Positions 13,633 through 27,162 of a stretch of DNA of 64,000 bases are shown here, in pieces. Origin of the DNA: Octopus vulgaris. Lineage: Eukaryota. Both the position numbers and the translations under genes were made by a program. The stretch is from the NCBI GenBank assembly GCA_951406725.2, contig OX597834.1, positions 17,732,001-17,796,000 of the forward strand, read 5' to 3'. The notes below the pieces were generated by a model. It worked only from the letters and a program-made list of their open reading frames with translations, did no database searches and was not told the DNA's origin. Numbering within the stretch: the first letter of the stretch is position 1; every line of letters starts with the position of its first letter.

Positions 13633-14734
13633 TATAGACGCATGGTACATAAAATCACAGACATATATTGTAGCAGATGAGAATTGTCTGCCATGGGCAC
13701 CAGAACTGCCAGATTATGTGATTTCAGTGTACTGTGCAAACTCAGTGACAGATACTCGTTTGCCAGCTAAATCTATTGGATTCAAAGCTTTATGGCATCT
13801 TATTTGTTGCTTCATGTTTTTCATTTGTTTTTCATTTGTAAGCTTTGCTTTCTGTCCTTCTAAGATTGATAAAATAATACCAGTGGGTTACTTTCGATTA
13901 TTGCCATCATTACATTTCAGTTTCTTGTAAAAATAATTTTATGTCTGTGTCAAATATCCCTCTACAGATTTAATTTCTTGTGAAGTTGATCTCACAAGAT
14001 AATTTTTAGCTGGAATGAGATGAAATGCACTGTTAATATTTTGAATATCGTAAACATTAAAACCCCATTTTCCTAGAGCAGTTCTAAGGTTTCATATGCA
14101 TATTGAAATAATCAGTTTAATTATTATTTACTCTTTGCCTTTAAATCTGTGGCTTTTTCTTATGTAAGAAAATATTTCAGTCATATGTTTCTGTAGTTCC
14201 ACATCACTTTACTTCACTTCACACATCTTGATCTAAGACTACCTCTCTATAAAACTGAATCGTCCAACCCATGCTAGCATGGAAAGCGGACGTTAAATGA
14301 CAATGATGAACAAACCATTTGAATTAGAACTGAAATAGAGAATAAACTGGATACTGCTATGAAATATTTTAATTCTTTAGTGTTCTAAATTCAGCTCCAT
14401 AATGGTCAACTTTATACTCTATTTCTAGAATTGATAAAATAAATATAATTGAAATTATTGAATAAGCAAACTTTTGGGATACAGATTTAATGGTTATGAA
14501 TTCATTGTTGCAGATGTTTTGATATATCACTGGGCTTGCTTCACAAAATATTTTAAACTCTGTCTTTCATATCTATGTTAGTAATATATGACAATGTTGC
14601 AGAGGAGGCTACTATTGATAAAATGTCATCATATATTGGGCAGTTCATTTTTGCTTGCTTCACAGTATTGAATAATATGTTGAATATACAACTAAATACT
14701 GGGCTTATGAGTTTAAAAAACCTACTGGAAACTG

Positions 14735-14875
14735 ACATGGCTGTGTGGTTAAAAGGTTCACATCCAAACCACATGGTTTCAGGTTCAGTCTCACGGTACA
14801 ACACTTTGGGTAAGTGTCTTCTGTTATAGCCCTTGATTGACCAAAGCCTTGTAAATAAATTTGGTTGACAAAAAC
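14735..14875 (+). mobile_element. SINE family B head
   Basis: It runs catggctgtgtggttaaaagg...ggtaagtgtcttctgttatagcc. Confidence 0.7.
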
Positions 14876-15520
14876 TGGGGTGGGTGGGTAGCTGTGTAGT
14901 ATTTGTTCCCCTCTGAGATCTGTGAAAGCTACTATGAATGATGTTGTTGTCTCTTCTGTCATTAAATCACCCACTTGCTTTGTGCCTTTGAAGATGTGAG
15001 AAAGAAGACATGAAAACATCTCTTATTTGAGATATGAGGAAGGGTTAGTGATACAAAAAGACATTTGGCTGTAAAACAATGCCTCAATAATATATTCATC
15101 TAACCCATGCTATTATGAAAAAACGGATATAAAACAAATGAAAGAACATATAAATATGTGTGTGTGTGTGTGTGTGTGTGTGTTTCTTGTCAACTAAGCT
15201 GACAACAGAGCATAAAAGCAGGTCTGGGCAAAGGATAGAATGTTTTTGAAGGGGCCAAGAGAGGAGCATTTGCCCTGTGTACTTTTCTCTTTGAGTGGAT
15301 ACTTAATTCTGCTTTAATTCACTTTAATTATGGGGAAGAGATATCAGATCTTTTGAGAATGTTTTCAGCAATAGATTACATCATATACAGGTATAGGATT
15401 GAAGTCTGTTTCCCTTCACACATGACAGCTTTGAGCTACAACCAAATTTATAACTTATTAGAGCTCTTGGAAATAATATTTATCTCTTTATTTGTTAACA
15501 TTCTGAACTTGAACAACTGA

Positions 15521-15770
15521 GAATGCCTGAGAGACTTGCATGGTGTGGATGTGGGTTTCTTTAAAACTAAACTGGATCTCTTCTTGTCGGGGGTCCCAGA
15601 TGAACCTACCTCACGCCAGGAGACACAGATGCAGGCAGTGGCATCGAACTCCCTTGTTGACCAAGTGCCACGTATCAGAGGTGGATTCACATATTAGTGT
15701 AGCTCATTCAGCGGTGGTGCCCCAGCATGGCCGCAGCCTTTGGGCTGAAACATTTTTAAGGATTTAAGGA
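15521..15770 (+). mobile_element. 3' terminal fragment of a CR1-group LINE (ORF2 C-terminus plus 3' UTR)
   Basis: The frame 15527-15697 reads LRDLHGVDVGFFKTKLDLFLSGVPDEPTSRQETQMQAVASNSLVDQVPRIRGGFTY* (FKxxLDxFL..VPDEP..SNSL motif). It is followed by a short UTR and a (tttaagga)2 tail. Confidence 0.75.
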
Positions 15771-15970
15771 ACTGGCCTACATATTTTCATTCAAAGTCAT
15801 TGTTGTTGACAAATCATCATTTTCCTGGAGTGAACAAATGAGAGTGAGGCATACATTATATGCCTATCAGTAGAAATCAAGAAATCATGAAAATCTTTGG
15901 GTGTAGCTCACTATAAATTGTACTAATCCTTTTTTATTTATTTACTATGTTCTTTTTTTTCTTTTCCCAG

Positions 15971-16198
15971 GTAACTTTGTACTTGGAAATGCAAAGTCTG
16001 ATGGTCTACCAGTTGTGTACTGCTCAGAGGGATTCTTTGAGATTACTGGCTTCCGACGAAGTCAAGTCATTGGCAAGCGGTGTAGTTGCAGTTTCCTCTA
16101 TGGAGCCCTCACAAAAGAGGAGTCAAAGCAAAAAGTTGAAGATGCTCTTATCTATCAACAGGAAACAACAGTCAATATCTGCCTTTATACCAAATATG
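15971..16198 (+). CDS. KCNH8: Elk/KCNH8-like K+ channel, internal coding exon (PAS core; probably exon 2)
   Basis: A polypyrimidine tract and cag precede it and gtaagt follows. It is 228 nt, phase 1/1. It translates xNFVLGNAKSDGLPVVYCSEGFFEITGFRRSQVIGKRCSCSFLYGALTKEESKQKVEDALIYQQETTVNICLYTKYG, matching the EAG-family PAS domain (NFxLxNA...PxVYCxxGF...C.C.FL.G). Confidence 0.93.
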
Positions 16199-16434
16199 GT
16201 AAGTGATTTTTTTCATTACAGTTTGAAACATTGATATTCATTTGATTGGTTTTCTTAATTAAATCATATCTACATTGTAATATAATTTGAAAAAATAAGT
16301 AACTGTTTTAGAGTATTCTACATTGAATTCTTACCTGAGGGCAGTCAGTTATGAGACAACTGTCAAATAAGATGGATTGATTCTCATTTTTAGATGTTTT
16401 GTTTTAATATTTGCATGTTGTCTATTTTTCATTT

Positions 16435-16880
16435 TCTACTTGTTTCAGTCACTAGACTGCAGCCATGCTGGGGCAATGCCTTGGAGAATTTTTAATCAAA
16501 TGAAACGACTTCAGGATTTATTTTTTTCAAGCCTAGTCCTTATTCTGTTGGTCACTTTTGTTGAAATGCTAAATTTCAGGGAATTTAAACACACCAACAT
16601 CGGTTGTCAAGTGGTGGTAGGGGACAAACACAGACACGAAAGCACACACACACACATAGACACATACGTACATATGTACATGCATATATGCATGCATACA
16701 TACATACTTACATAATACATACGTATGATGGGTTTCTTTCAATTTCCATCTCTGAAATCCACTCACAAGGCTTTGGTTGGCCCAAGTCTATAGTAGAAGA
16801 CACTTGCCCAAGGTGCCACACAGTGGGACTGAACCTGGAACCATGTGGTCAGGAGGCAAGCTTCTTACCACACAGCCACG
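16435..16880 (-). mobile_element. SINE family B
   Basis: Reverse complement of the family B head and tail. Confidence 0.85.
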
Positions 16881-18340
16881 TCTGAATTTTCACTATTTTT
16901 CTCAATTGGTCCTGAGAATTGCCTTATCTGGCCATTGTTGTTTAACTGAAGTCAGCCTTAATCAAGCAGGCTTATAACTAAAAGCATCACAGCTGCAATC
17001 ATCCTATGTTTCTTTTTATCTATCTACAACTATATCATCAAATGTTTCCTTTTTTTTTAAGTCAGTAGAGATTGATTTGTGGGAGATTTTGTTACTATTT
17101 TAGCGGGTTGAGCAACCATGTAGCAGGGAAAGGTCTATCATCGTGTGTGTGTGTATGTGTATGCATGTACTTGTATGTGCATAAACACACACACACACAC
17201 ATACATTGTCTAGAGTAGTAAATGGTAGTATTGGTAGACTTCCAGACAAAATACCTTGTGATATTTCATTATGCATCTTTGCATTCTGAGTTCAAATACC
17301 ACCTGAGGTGAGTTTTCCTTTTAGCAAGGACCGGCTTGATATAATCAACTATACCATTGAAGGCAATACTTCACATGGTCACAGTCTTAAATCAGTTAAA
17401 AAATACCCTCATTACAATTGTATTTGCAAACAGAGAGACATGCAATAATTCATTTTTTTGTTAATTAATATAAATTATTCATTTAAGAAGAAACTATTTG
17501 AATATCATTAAGAAGTATTTTGCTAACTTCAAATCATGGTTAAGATCATCTGTCTGTCTAAGTTAAGAAGTTCACTTTGAAACTACGTGGTCTCAAATTG
17601 GGTCCCTCTGTATGGTTCTTTGGGGTTTCTGGGGTCAACTTCACTATGCATCTTGGGAATATCTTCTATTTTTTATGGTAGTCCTATGCCCCATGAGTGA
17701 AATTAAGTTGACAGAAACTGTCTGGATGCCTATCAAATGGACTGTAATTCAAAGTGTTAGCCTTGTTACACACAGTCTAATGTTATTTCTGCTTGAGAAT
17801 TATGTTAAGGAGGCAAATATCTGTGAAATACTCAAAGTTGCACTATGATTCAATAAGCAAGTAGTATTGTTGAGTGTGTATGTGTGTGAGAGAAAGAGAG
17901 AATTTTGTTAGAAGGTTGCAGATCATGAAATACATGAAAATTTTTTGTATGTCTATGGTATGGCTGTGTGATTAAGAAGTTCACTTTGAAGCCCAGTAGA
18001 TAAATAAACCCTTTTAAAATTAATAATTCAGCATGAAAATGAAAATAATCTATCAAAGACAATTTCGTTTTTTGAGCAGGTATGTGTAAAACAAATTTAA
18101 TCTGCCTGTATATTTGTACATCATGCTGTAGGAAACCTCTATAGATTAAACAGAATCTGTACTTTATTGATTAATCAAATGCCATATTACTTCATCAAAG
18201 GCCTTTCGATAGAATGTAGCACACCCAACGAATGATTAAAGAAGATCAGACTTGATAGCAATGACTTTCAACTAATTACTCTCCTGAACTTGTGACAAAA
18301 GATAGATATCAGTATTTTACAAGAATATACTCTCTCCTTT

Positions 18341-18551
18341 ATTTTACTCTTTTACTTGTTTCAGTCATTTGACTGTGGCCATGCTGGAGCACCGCCTTTA
18401 GTCGAGCAAATCGACCCCGGGACTTATTCTTTGTAAGCCCAGTACTTAGTCTATCGGTATCTTTTGCCCAGAACCGCTAAGTGATGGGGACGTAAACACA
18501 CCAGCATTGGTTGTTAAGCAATGCTAGGGAGACAAACACAGATACACACAC

Positions 18552-18584
<33 letters not shown>

Positions 18585-18589
18585 CACAC

Positions 18590-18624
<35 letters not shown>

Positions 18625-18800
18625 TATACATATATATGACAGGCTTCTTTCAGTTTCCATCTACCAAATCCACTCACAAGGCATTGGTCAGCCCGAGGCT
18701 ATAGCAGAAGACACTTGCCCAAGATGCCACGCTGTGGGACTGAACCCAGAACCATGTGGTTGGCAAGCAAGCTACTTACCACACAGCCACTCCTCCGCCT
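18341..18800 (-). mobile_element. SINE family B, full-length
   Basis: Reverse complement of 12530-12914 with an expanded internal microsatellite. Confidence 0.9.
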
Positions 18801-19495
18801 ATCAGTTAAATTTATAAATTTAACGCCTATTTATAAATATGAAAAGAAAAGTTAACTACAGCTCCTTACTGTGTACTGTCTTCTTACCTTGTCAATATGT
18901 ATTTCAAATACATATTTAAAGAGATAATGTAAAAATGATTCTCATAAATGTGGGTGGAAGGTCTACATTCATACCCCACTGTCACCACCAACACACACAC
19001 ACACACACACACAAATGCTAATTAGTGTAACAGAAACTATGTTTGGGATTTGGTTTGTTGAGATCTTACTTCTCCTACAACAAGAATTTCTTTTGCTTTA
19101 TTATCATCATCTTTGTTTTAACATTCACTTTTCCATGCATGCTTGGGTTAGATGCAATTTGTTGAGGCAGATTTTCTACAGCTGGATACCCTTCCTGTCA
19201 CCAATCCTCACCTGTTTCCCTTGACAACCCAGACATTGTTACATTGTGAGCTGAAAACAAATGACACCATTTGAATGAACCTTTTGTTTTTCAAAGCTCA
19301 TATAACATGTCAAGACATGTCAAGAATATTGAACATGCTTTTTGCAGTTGACTGCAAGCAAAGAGCACTGTCTATATTGTTGTTTACAGTCAGTGAATAC
19401 ACATGAAGATGAGAGGAATTACGAACTTACTCATACAAACATGCTCACAAACACATACATACATGCACACTAACACATATATACATACATGCGCA

Positions 19496-19528
<33 letters not shown>

Positions 19529-19928
19529 GTATGACCACTTTTTCAGTTTCTGTCGACCAGTTTCACTCACAAGGGTACTGGTTGACTTGTAGCTGTAGTA
19601 TAGAAGCTAGCAGACAACATCCATGCTGTGAGATTGAAGCCCTAACCACTTGGTTCCAAGCAAACTTCTTAACCATACAGCCTTGCTCTGGTCTATGAAT
19701 TGTTAATTTTTCAAATAAATTGTTTGATTTTCAACTTAGAAAAATTCATGGTTTGCTACATGTAGTATTTTAGTGTACACTTTTGTTTTTTTTTCGTGCA
19801 GAAAATGTCTCTGAGTAACTTTTCATGCTCATTCTTTTGACAAATATTATCATTGTTATTCATGGAAGTATACGACTTCTCCTAATTCTCACTTTACAGT
19901 GATAAAATATTATAACCTGTCTTTTCAG

Positions 19929-20054
19929 GAAATCCATTTTGGTGTCAGGTGGAAATCATTCCAATCACAAATGAAAACCAAGAAGTAGTTCTTTTCTTAG
20001 TATCTTTTTACCAGAACATGCCAAAGGACCAAAATATAGAATCCGAAATCACAG
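19929..20054 (+). CDS. KCNH8: Elk/KCNH8-like K+ channel exon (PAC end; probably exon 3)
   Basis: Boundaries are cttttcag| and |gtattt. It is 126 nt, phase 1/1, in frame with the previous exon. It translates GNPFWCQVEIIPITNENQEVVLFLVSFYQNMPKDQNIESEIT, matching the KCNH PFWC..I.PI.NE..VVLFL motif. It is missing from the ORF track. Confidence 0.92.
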
Positions 20055-20293
20055 GTATTTATAAGAATTTTCTCAAATTTTCAATGCACCATATCTCAGT
20101 GTTATCTACAACCTTGGTTTGAAGGTAAAAGATAACAAAACAATACAAATGTATGAAAACATTAATGAACTAAACAGAACAGGACGAAACACATGGGATG
20201 GAGAGTTGCTGAAGAGGTCACAAGATGCATGATGCAAGATGTCAAAGGACACTAAAATAATAAAAATAATAAAACTGAAGTGAAAACCAAATA

Positions 20294-20332
<39 letters not shown>

Positions 20333-22897
20333 TTAATTGGCAAAAATATGACTATCCCCAAATATAATAAAATATTAATAGTTATTTGAAATCTGAATTT
20401 TATATATGGAGTATTCTTAATTTGAAGATTAATCAAATTGATTTTGAGGAAAGGGTACTAATAATGAGACATACTAACACACAGCCTGTTCTTAAATGGT
20501 CATTAAAGTCTGGATGTTTGATTTGGTCATAAATTCAAATCTCCACAGCCATCATCATCACCACCACCACCACCACTCTTCCCACGACCACTACCACCAA
20601 TGTGCTGATTCTTTTTCATTATCCAGTTTCTCTCTCAGCTTGCACATTGCTCTTCTTACATGTTGATATTTAATGGTTTAAACTTAACTAATTTCTCTCC
20701 ATCCCTTGCAAATCTATATTTAATGCTTCTCTCACCATGATGCTGCATCATATTTCTTATTCATGCTTCATACAGTCTACCTTCCACACACAGAAATGCA
20801 GAGAAACCATTTAAGAGCAGAGGAAACAGCTCCTCAAGCTTCTTCATACCTTTTCTTACTCTAGTTACAATAATCACATTATAATGACTTTCAGCGCCAA
20901 TTTACACCACATAGATTATAAAAACAGTTGTTGTTGTTGTTGTTGTTTAACCCTAAGGCAACCATGAGTAAGCAGACTTATGATCAAAGGCCTACTAGCC
21001 ATCAACATCCTTATTATTTTCAGGCCAGAGTATTCAACCCTTCTTTCTTTTTAAGTTTTAAGAGAGGTTTGACTGTTATCTCTAGATGGCCAAGCTACCA
21101 CATGAATGCTCTCTAGCTGGCTTCAAATAACAGATATTAGAATCTCTCTACTATGATCCGACCTAACAGTGCATAAACTTCATTCCATGGGTTCTGTTGT
21201 GAAATTTAAAATCCAGGTTTCTTGTTAGCCTGCAGTTATTCTATACTATTGATTTGCATGTCTTGTTTACCTGTTGATTATATAGTATATTCAGTAATAG
21301 TTCTTACCTACTCCATTTTTGTGTGTGTACAAAAGTATTCTTAGATGACAGTGAGATCTTGTGCCTTTTCTCAGTAACTAACACTTTGGTGTTTGCTATT
21401 TTGAATTTTAACCTTTTGATGCTTGACCATTCTTCTAGTTTGGGAATGTTTACAGCTATTCCTTGACAACATCTACAATGAGAACTGGGCCATCAATATA
21501 GAAGATAGTAAAGTTGTTATTGCCCCAAGAACTACAGTGAATAGGACAAACCTCATGGTTGAAGGAAATAATGACACAGGGGAATACTTTGCGTACTAAA
21601 TGCAAATACAATAGGATCTCACATAAGTAATACATTGATTGGTAAAAATAGACTAACTGTGATTATCAAAGAAATTAGTTGACATAAACTCTCACTTGGG
21701 AATATCTTACAAACAGTTATGTTGTAAATTGTGCAATCAATTTGTTGCTAATATGGACTGCATTCACTGCACCATCAAACGTAGCTTCAACTGTTTACAA
21801 AATCCATATATAAATAATAGAGAGTTGTTTATTTTCTGGTAAGGATGTATTTTGTACTTGCCCCACTAGAAATATTATAACTGAGGTTTTAATTCCGAAG
21901 TGCACTGTATCAAAACTGACCTTATTTTGCACTGAATTCACAATGTATCTCTCAATTTCTTGAAGCTCTGTAATTGCTCCTTTCCAATATAACCCTTTTA
22001 TTCTTATAACAGTTTATAATGATACTGCCTAATTGGAGATAATACCTTCTTGCATTATCTAATTAACTTAATAACTAATATAGAATCAATATGTAACTAT
22101 GCTTTAATTATCGCTGATTGACTAACAGTTCTCTCTACTGCCATAATAATTACCTTATTAACTATTTGTCAACAAACATCTATTGTTGATCTCTGTGGTG
22201 GTTTAATTTCAATACTATTTCATTCATATTCCTCTTTCCACAGTCTTTCTTAATGACACTGATGTTTTGTTGTTCACCATGCATTTTTATATTACTTATT
22301 CTTGTCCCAGTTTTTCCATTTATTGCAAGCTCATTGCTTAATGCTTATACTTCTATCCTAATGCTTACACTTCTGTCTCCATACTGTTTCATCACTGTAC
22401 CATCTACTGACGGGTAGTGGCTCTACACCACTCACAAGTCTGTTTCTGTAACTGACTGTGACTAGTATTCACAATAATACTGTTCTGGACATACATCCCA
22501 CTCAGTGACATTCTTTTCCATATGTATTTAATTCATCACATCCTCATAAAGGAGAAATTCCTATTCATCTTGTCATTCTTGGCTAGGTAAACCTGATGTT
22601 CCCTTAATTTTCCCCAAGCACTTTTACATTTCCTTGTTATCCCCATGTTCCTACTTTTTGCTGACTTGTTGCTTAATTCTTATATTTCCATTTCCTATAC
22701 TGTTCTCTCACCATGTTGTCTAGAAATGGGTCGTAGTTGTGCACCGTCTACAATAATTAGTTGATCTGCAGCTTACAATAGATTGTCTTTTAAACATCTT
22801 TAACCGTCCTCTAAATTATAGCTCATGAACATCCAACTGTTTGTCAGAAAAGTCTCTAGATAATAAAACTGTTATAAATAACAAAGTACCACATTAA

Positions 22898-23068
22898 CCC
22901 TTTAGTGTTTCAACTGGCCAAATCCAGCCTTTCACACTTACCCTACAATATCATTCTAAAAATAAACAATCACATCGTTGAAATTTTAAAGCTATGAGAT
23001 AATGATTAATTAAAGCATGATTAATTAAAAACAATATGAATAAATAAGTTTTACATTTGACAGAGTTA
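22898..23068. mobile_element. Truncated copy of the 25568 piggyBac-like MITE
   Basis: TTAA|ccctttagtgtttcaactggcca... is colinear with 25568-25770. The right TIR is lost. Confidence 0.6.
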
Positions 23069-24655
23069 ATATTTTCTCATGTCTTAGAAAGTGGATTTAG
23101 AAAGGGCATCTAAGTGTGAAATATTATTAAATTGATTAAAGAGACACTTGTAAGAAATTAAAGATCTGAACAATACTTTCATAAAAGGAATAAAATGTGT
23201 TAAATAGCAGCATATTGGCAGTAGTTATTATTGTAGCTGGTTGAACAGGCTGTGAGTTTGCAGGAATGGTTTAACATATTTAGTCTTGGTAATCATTACG
23301 TTGGCTACATCTCTTTCAAACTCTGGGTTAAACACTTTTCTCAATATTTTCTTCCCAGAAATGTGACATCTGAAATTCTCTCTCTGCCAAATTATCTTCA
23401 TTTTCTCTACAGGCTTCAAACCTCAAAAGTTCAAGTTAAACATACAACTGCATTAACCTTACCAGTCTAAGAAGACCTTCAAATGTTATGTGGAATGTCC
23501 CTCTTTCTTGTGATAGAATATATAGAATATATATATCTTATAAAGTTTGGCATTTTGCCTCATCAAAAGAAATCATTATTATAACTGGTTGAAATGTTTG
23601 CTTTCAAAGAAGCATAACAAAAAATACGGATTATGTTCCATTCTTTCTTTACTAAAGTAAGAAAAATCAGTGATAAGCGAGGACACAAACTGTGATTCTA
23701 CAATTTCATGATAACATCAGTCTAAACTTCAGTACATAGCCAGAAATGGTTCTTGTAATGAGAGTCAAAATAGCACAAGTTAAACTTAGTATGCTGAAAT
23801 ATCTCTCAGAAAAAAACTTTTAATAAATGTACTTAATAAATATGTTTACAAAGACTTACGAAATACATTGGTGTTAATCAAAGGGTAAATGGTAATTAAA
23901 AAAAAATCTTGCTTTAGAATGAAATGACGTCAAAAATGAAAGTAACCTTGCCAAAAATCCACCATTGCAATATTTTCAGGTTTCTATCATGTCTATAATG
24001 ATACTGAGACAAACAAAAATAGCAAAAGTAAAGAATTTCTATGCCACGTGCTATGTATGTTACCTTAGCTATCAACATATTTATCTTCACTTATAGTAAT
24101 TTTTCTAAAGATATGTGTTGGGCCCAATAAGGAAACTGCCACCTATCAAAAGCGCATAGGATGAAGGTTAGTGCTGACAGAAGTGTGTGACTCACTAGAT
24201 TTGGGTAAAAGATATCCTAGCATGTAAATATTTGCTTACACTAAATATATCTTGGGTAGGAGGCTCAGTAATTTCTTCTCTGTTAGATTTTTATACCCTT
24301 TTAGCAAGTAATATATAGAAAATTTCAACTGCTGTGTAAAACAGCATACAGGAAGACTGAAAATTAAGTGGGAATGTAATGATTCTTTAGCAATTACTGA
24401 AACACACTCCCTCATTAGTGAATTGCTATTTACAAAAACGATTTTCTTGGATGATTGAATCTCAGTTTAAGTGCAATTTGTTAGAAGTTGAGACTCTCTA
24501 TATCAATACAGCATGTTTATATGTATTGGTGTTGCTTTCATGTATGGGTGGTTTACCAGCAAGACGGATTCAATTTATAGGCAGTTTGTTGTCAATAGTA
24601 ATATTCAAATTATTTTGGGGTAATCATTTTTATTTCAGCGGTTATATCTCTAGAG

Positions 24656-25182
24656 CAGAGGTCACCAAACCTTTTTTCATGGCAGGCCAAATAACTGTGA
24701 GAATGACGAGTGCGAGCCGCATAACTATTTTGTTCAATACAATACAGTGAATACACAAAAAATAAAGACAACCAACATATTTATTTACTAAAAAGTTATC
24801 AAAGAAGGCAACGTTAGCAATAGGATAGTTATATCACACCCGGCATACACACATCCAAATCTCACAAACTAAGCAGCAAAAAAGGTTGGTGGGATTTGGT
24901 GTTTAGCTTTTAAGGTATCATCAATATTTGCTTTGGAATTGCTGCATCCAACCAACAGAACTGCTTTCAAATGTTCATCAGTCAACCTCATTCGATGTGC
25001 TGACTTCACATCCTTCATTATTAAAGATGTTTGCACATAGACATAAGTTGTTCTAAACACTAATGCCATACCAGAAGCAAATGAACTCTCAAGTTCGAGG
25101 AGCTGTTTCCTCTGTACTTACACAAAAGGAACTGACCACGTGGGCCGAATGCAGCCCACGGGCCATAGTTTGGTGACCCTTG
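24656..25182 (-). mobile_element. Internally deleted hAT (Charlie-like) transposon with transposase C-terminal dimerisation fragment
   Basis: TIRs are cagaggtcaccaaac / gtttggtgacccttg. The 8-bp TSD is ctctagag (24648-55) / ctccagag (25183-90). The - strand encodes FRTTYVYVQTSLIMKDVKSAHRMRLTDEHLKAVL. Confidence 0.88.
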
Positions 25183-25567
25183 CTCCAGAGGATCATTATG
25201 CCAATCATTAGCGTGTACACTGCTTCAATTTTACTTCTTTATTATTTGTCAAATGGTTATCTATTTAATCAACCAACTAATCAATTGTTTGGTTAATCAT
25301 TCAGTTAATAAATCAATCGTGTTTTGTCAAAGTCCTTTCTTTGCTGTTTGCGACTTCTTCAATGACATTCTCTCTCAACTCCAGGTTAGCTCCTGATATA
25401 CAACAAAATCTTGTTTCAACACATGAGTTCACATTAAAAATCTTGGAAGCCAAACATAAAATTGAAATATAAACGATGATGATGATGATTTCATAGGTTA
25501 TTTTCCCAGATATTCACAGTCCCTACTTTTGGATAAAATATATAAAAATGAAGGATATTTGGCTTAA

Positions 25568-25788
25568 CCCTTTAGCATTTAAACTGGCCATATCCGGCCA
25601 AAAGTATTCTGCCTGTTTTATGTTCAAACTGGCCATATCTGGTCTCTCACACCAACCCTACAATATCGTCTTAAAAATTAACAGCTACCTCATTAAAATC
25701 TCATAACTACAAGATAATGCATGATTAGTTCGAAACAATGTGGATAAAAAAGGATTAATTTTGGCAGAATAATGCGAACACTAAAGGG
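25568..25788. mobile_element. piggyBac-like MITE
   Basis: The structure is TTAA|ccctttagca ... cactaaaggg|TTAA. Confidence 0.8.
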
Positions 25789-26599
25789 TTAATATTGTGA
25801 AAAGTCACTGTTTTAGAGTTTGAATTTAGCCCCTTTATCCTCAATAAAAATGTTCAGCTTTAAAAGTAGCTGAATAGTCTTCATCTGGTAAAGTTGTTTA
25901 TTGTATTTTTATTAGTGCGTTGTTTGGTTCTGATGGGAACATGAAAGAAATCTAAAGTTGAGAAAATAAAAATTAAAGGAAACAATACAAGCTGGCATCT
26001 GCCATATTCTTTGATAGCAAACTTCTCTAACATCTTGGCATATACGGAACTTAATTATCTAACTTTGCCCGATTCATAGCTATTTTGTGTCTTTGTTCTT
26101 CCTCCAAAAACCTCAGCAATGTGATTAAATCACTATCTTAGCTTCCCTATGCTATCTAGCTTTATTCATAAATGAACAGCATTCTAGGGTAAATTTCCAC
26201 TCTCCATCCATAATTCAGTCACACTATTTTCTTATTTACTCTTACAAGTGTAATCAATATGTACAAAAAAAGATAACCCTAATTGTCAGTTTTGACACTG
26301 ATCTAAATAATGTCCACATTTTAACTCTTTATTAACAAATCTCATTGGATTATTTTAAGGAAATCCTTTAATTTTTTTTACCTCAGTACTAGTGAAAAAT
26401 AATTTTGGGTAAATATTTAAAGCAAATTATCTTAAAATATAAGCATACTCTGATAAAAGTTACTAGGACAACCTGGTTCTCTCTTTTTTTTTAGTTTACA
26501 ATCAAATTTAACATTCTTTTTCTTTGCTAATCCAAAATACTCTTTTGTACTTTTGTTTTGCATGCATAGATGACCAGTACTTTGATATAACTCTTGGAT

Positions 26600-26810
26600 T
26601 TAAGGCAGAAAGCTGGCAGAATTATTAATATGCTGGGTAAAATGTTTATCAACATTTCTTCCATCTTTACATTTTGAGTTCAAATTCTGCTGAGGTCAAC
26701 TTTACCTTTCATCCTTTCAGGGTCAATAAGATAAGAACTAGCCAAGCATTGGAGTCAATATAATCAACTTACCTTCTTCCCTAAAATTGCTGGGCTTGTG
26801 CTAACATTTG
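26600..26810 (+). mobile_element. SINE family A (tail A2)
   Basis: It has the family A head and core, with an A2 tail. Confidence 0.75.
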
Positions 26811-27115
26811 CAACCAGCATTACTCTTGGATTTGATGTCTAAACTCATCATTACTATCCTCATTGCCATCAAGGTCATCATAACCGTACTTAGTATCGTT
26901 GCATATAAAGTTTATTTTATAAAATCGTTTTCATGTTTACCTTATGAAGCTGAACTCATATTATTTATGATACAATTCATTCCTTTTAGGTTACTAAAAT
27001 GAATAATATTAATGTTCTGAAGGTGGATTATGTCAGCCATAGGGATATGTATATGAAAAGGGAGTAATTAAATAAATATTGAAAAGTAAATTATAGTATT
27101 GTTATTTCTGAAATG

Positions 27116-27162
<47 letters not shown>

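Noticed and set aside
1-15970. First coding exon of the channel (expected MP...APQNTFL-like)
   Set aside because: It was not found by eye. It is presumably upstream of the window or too divergent to recognise.
22290-22760. Diverged local duplication with a period of about 335 bp
   Set aside because: Similarity is low and short, and I found no ribozyme or TE hallmarks.
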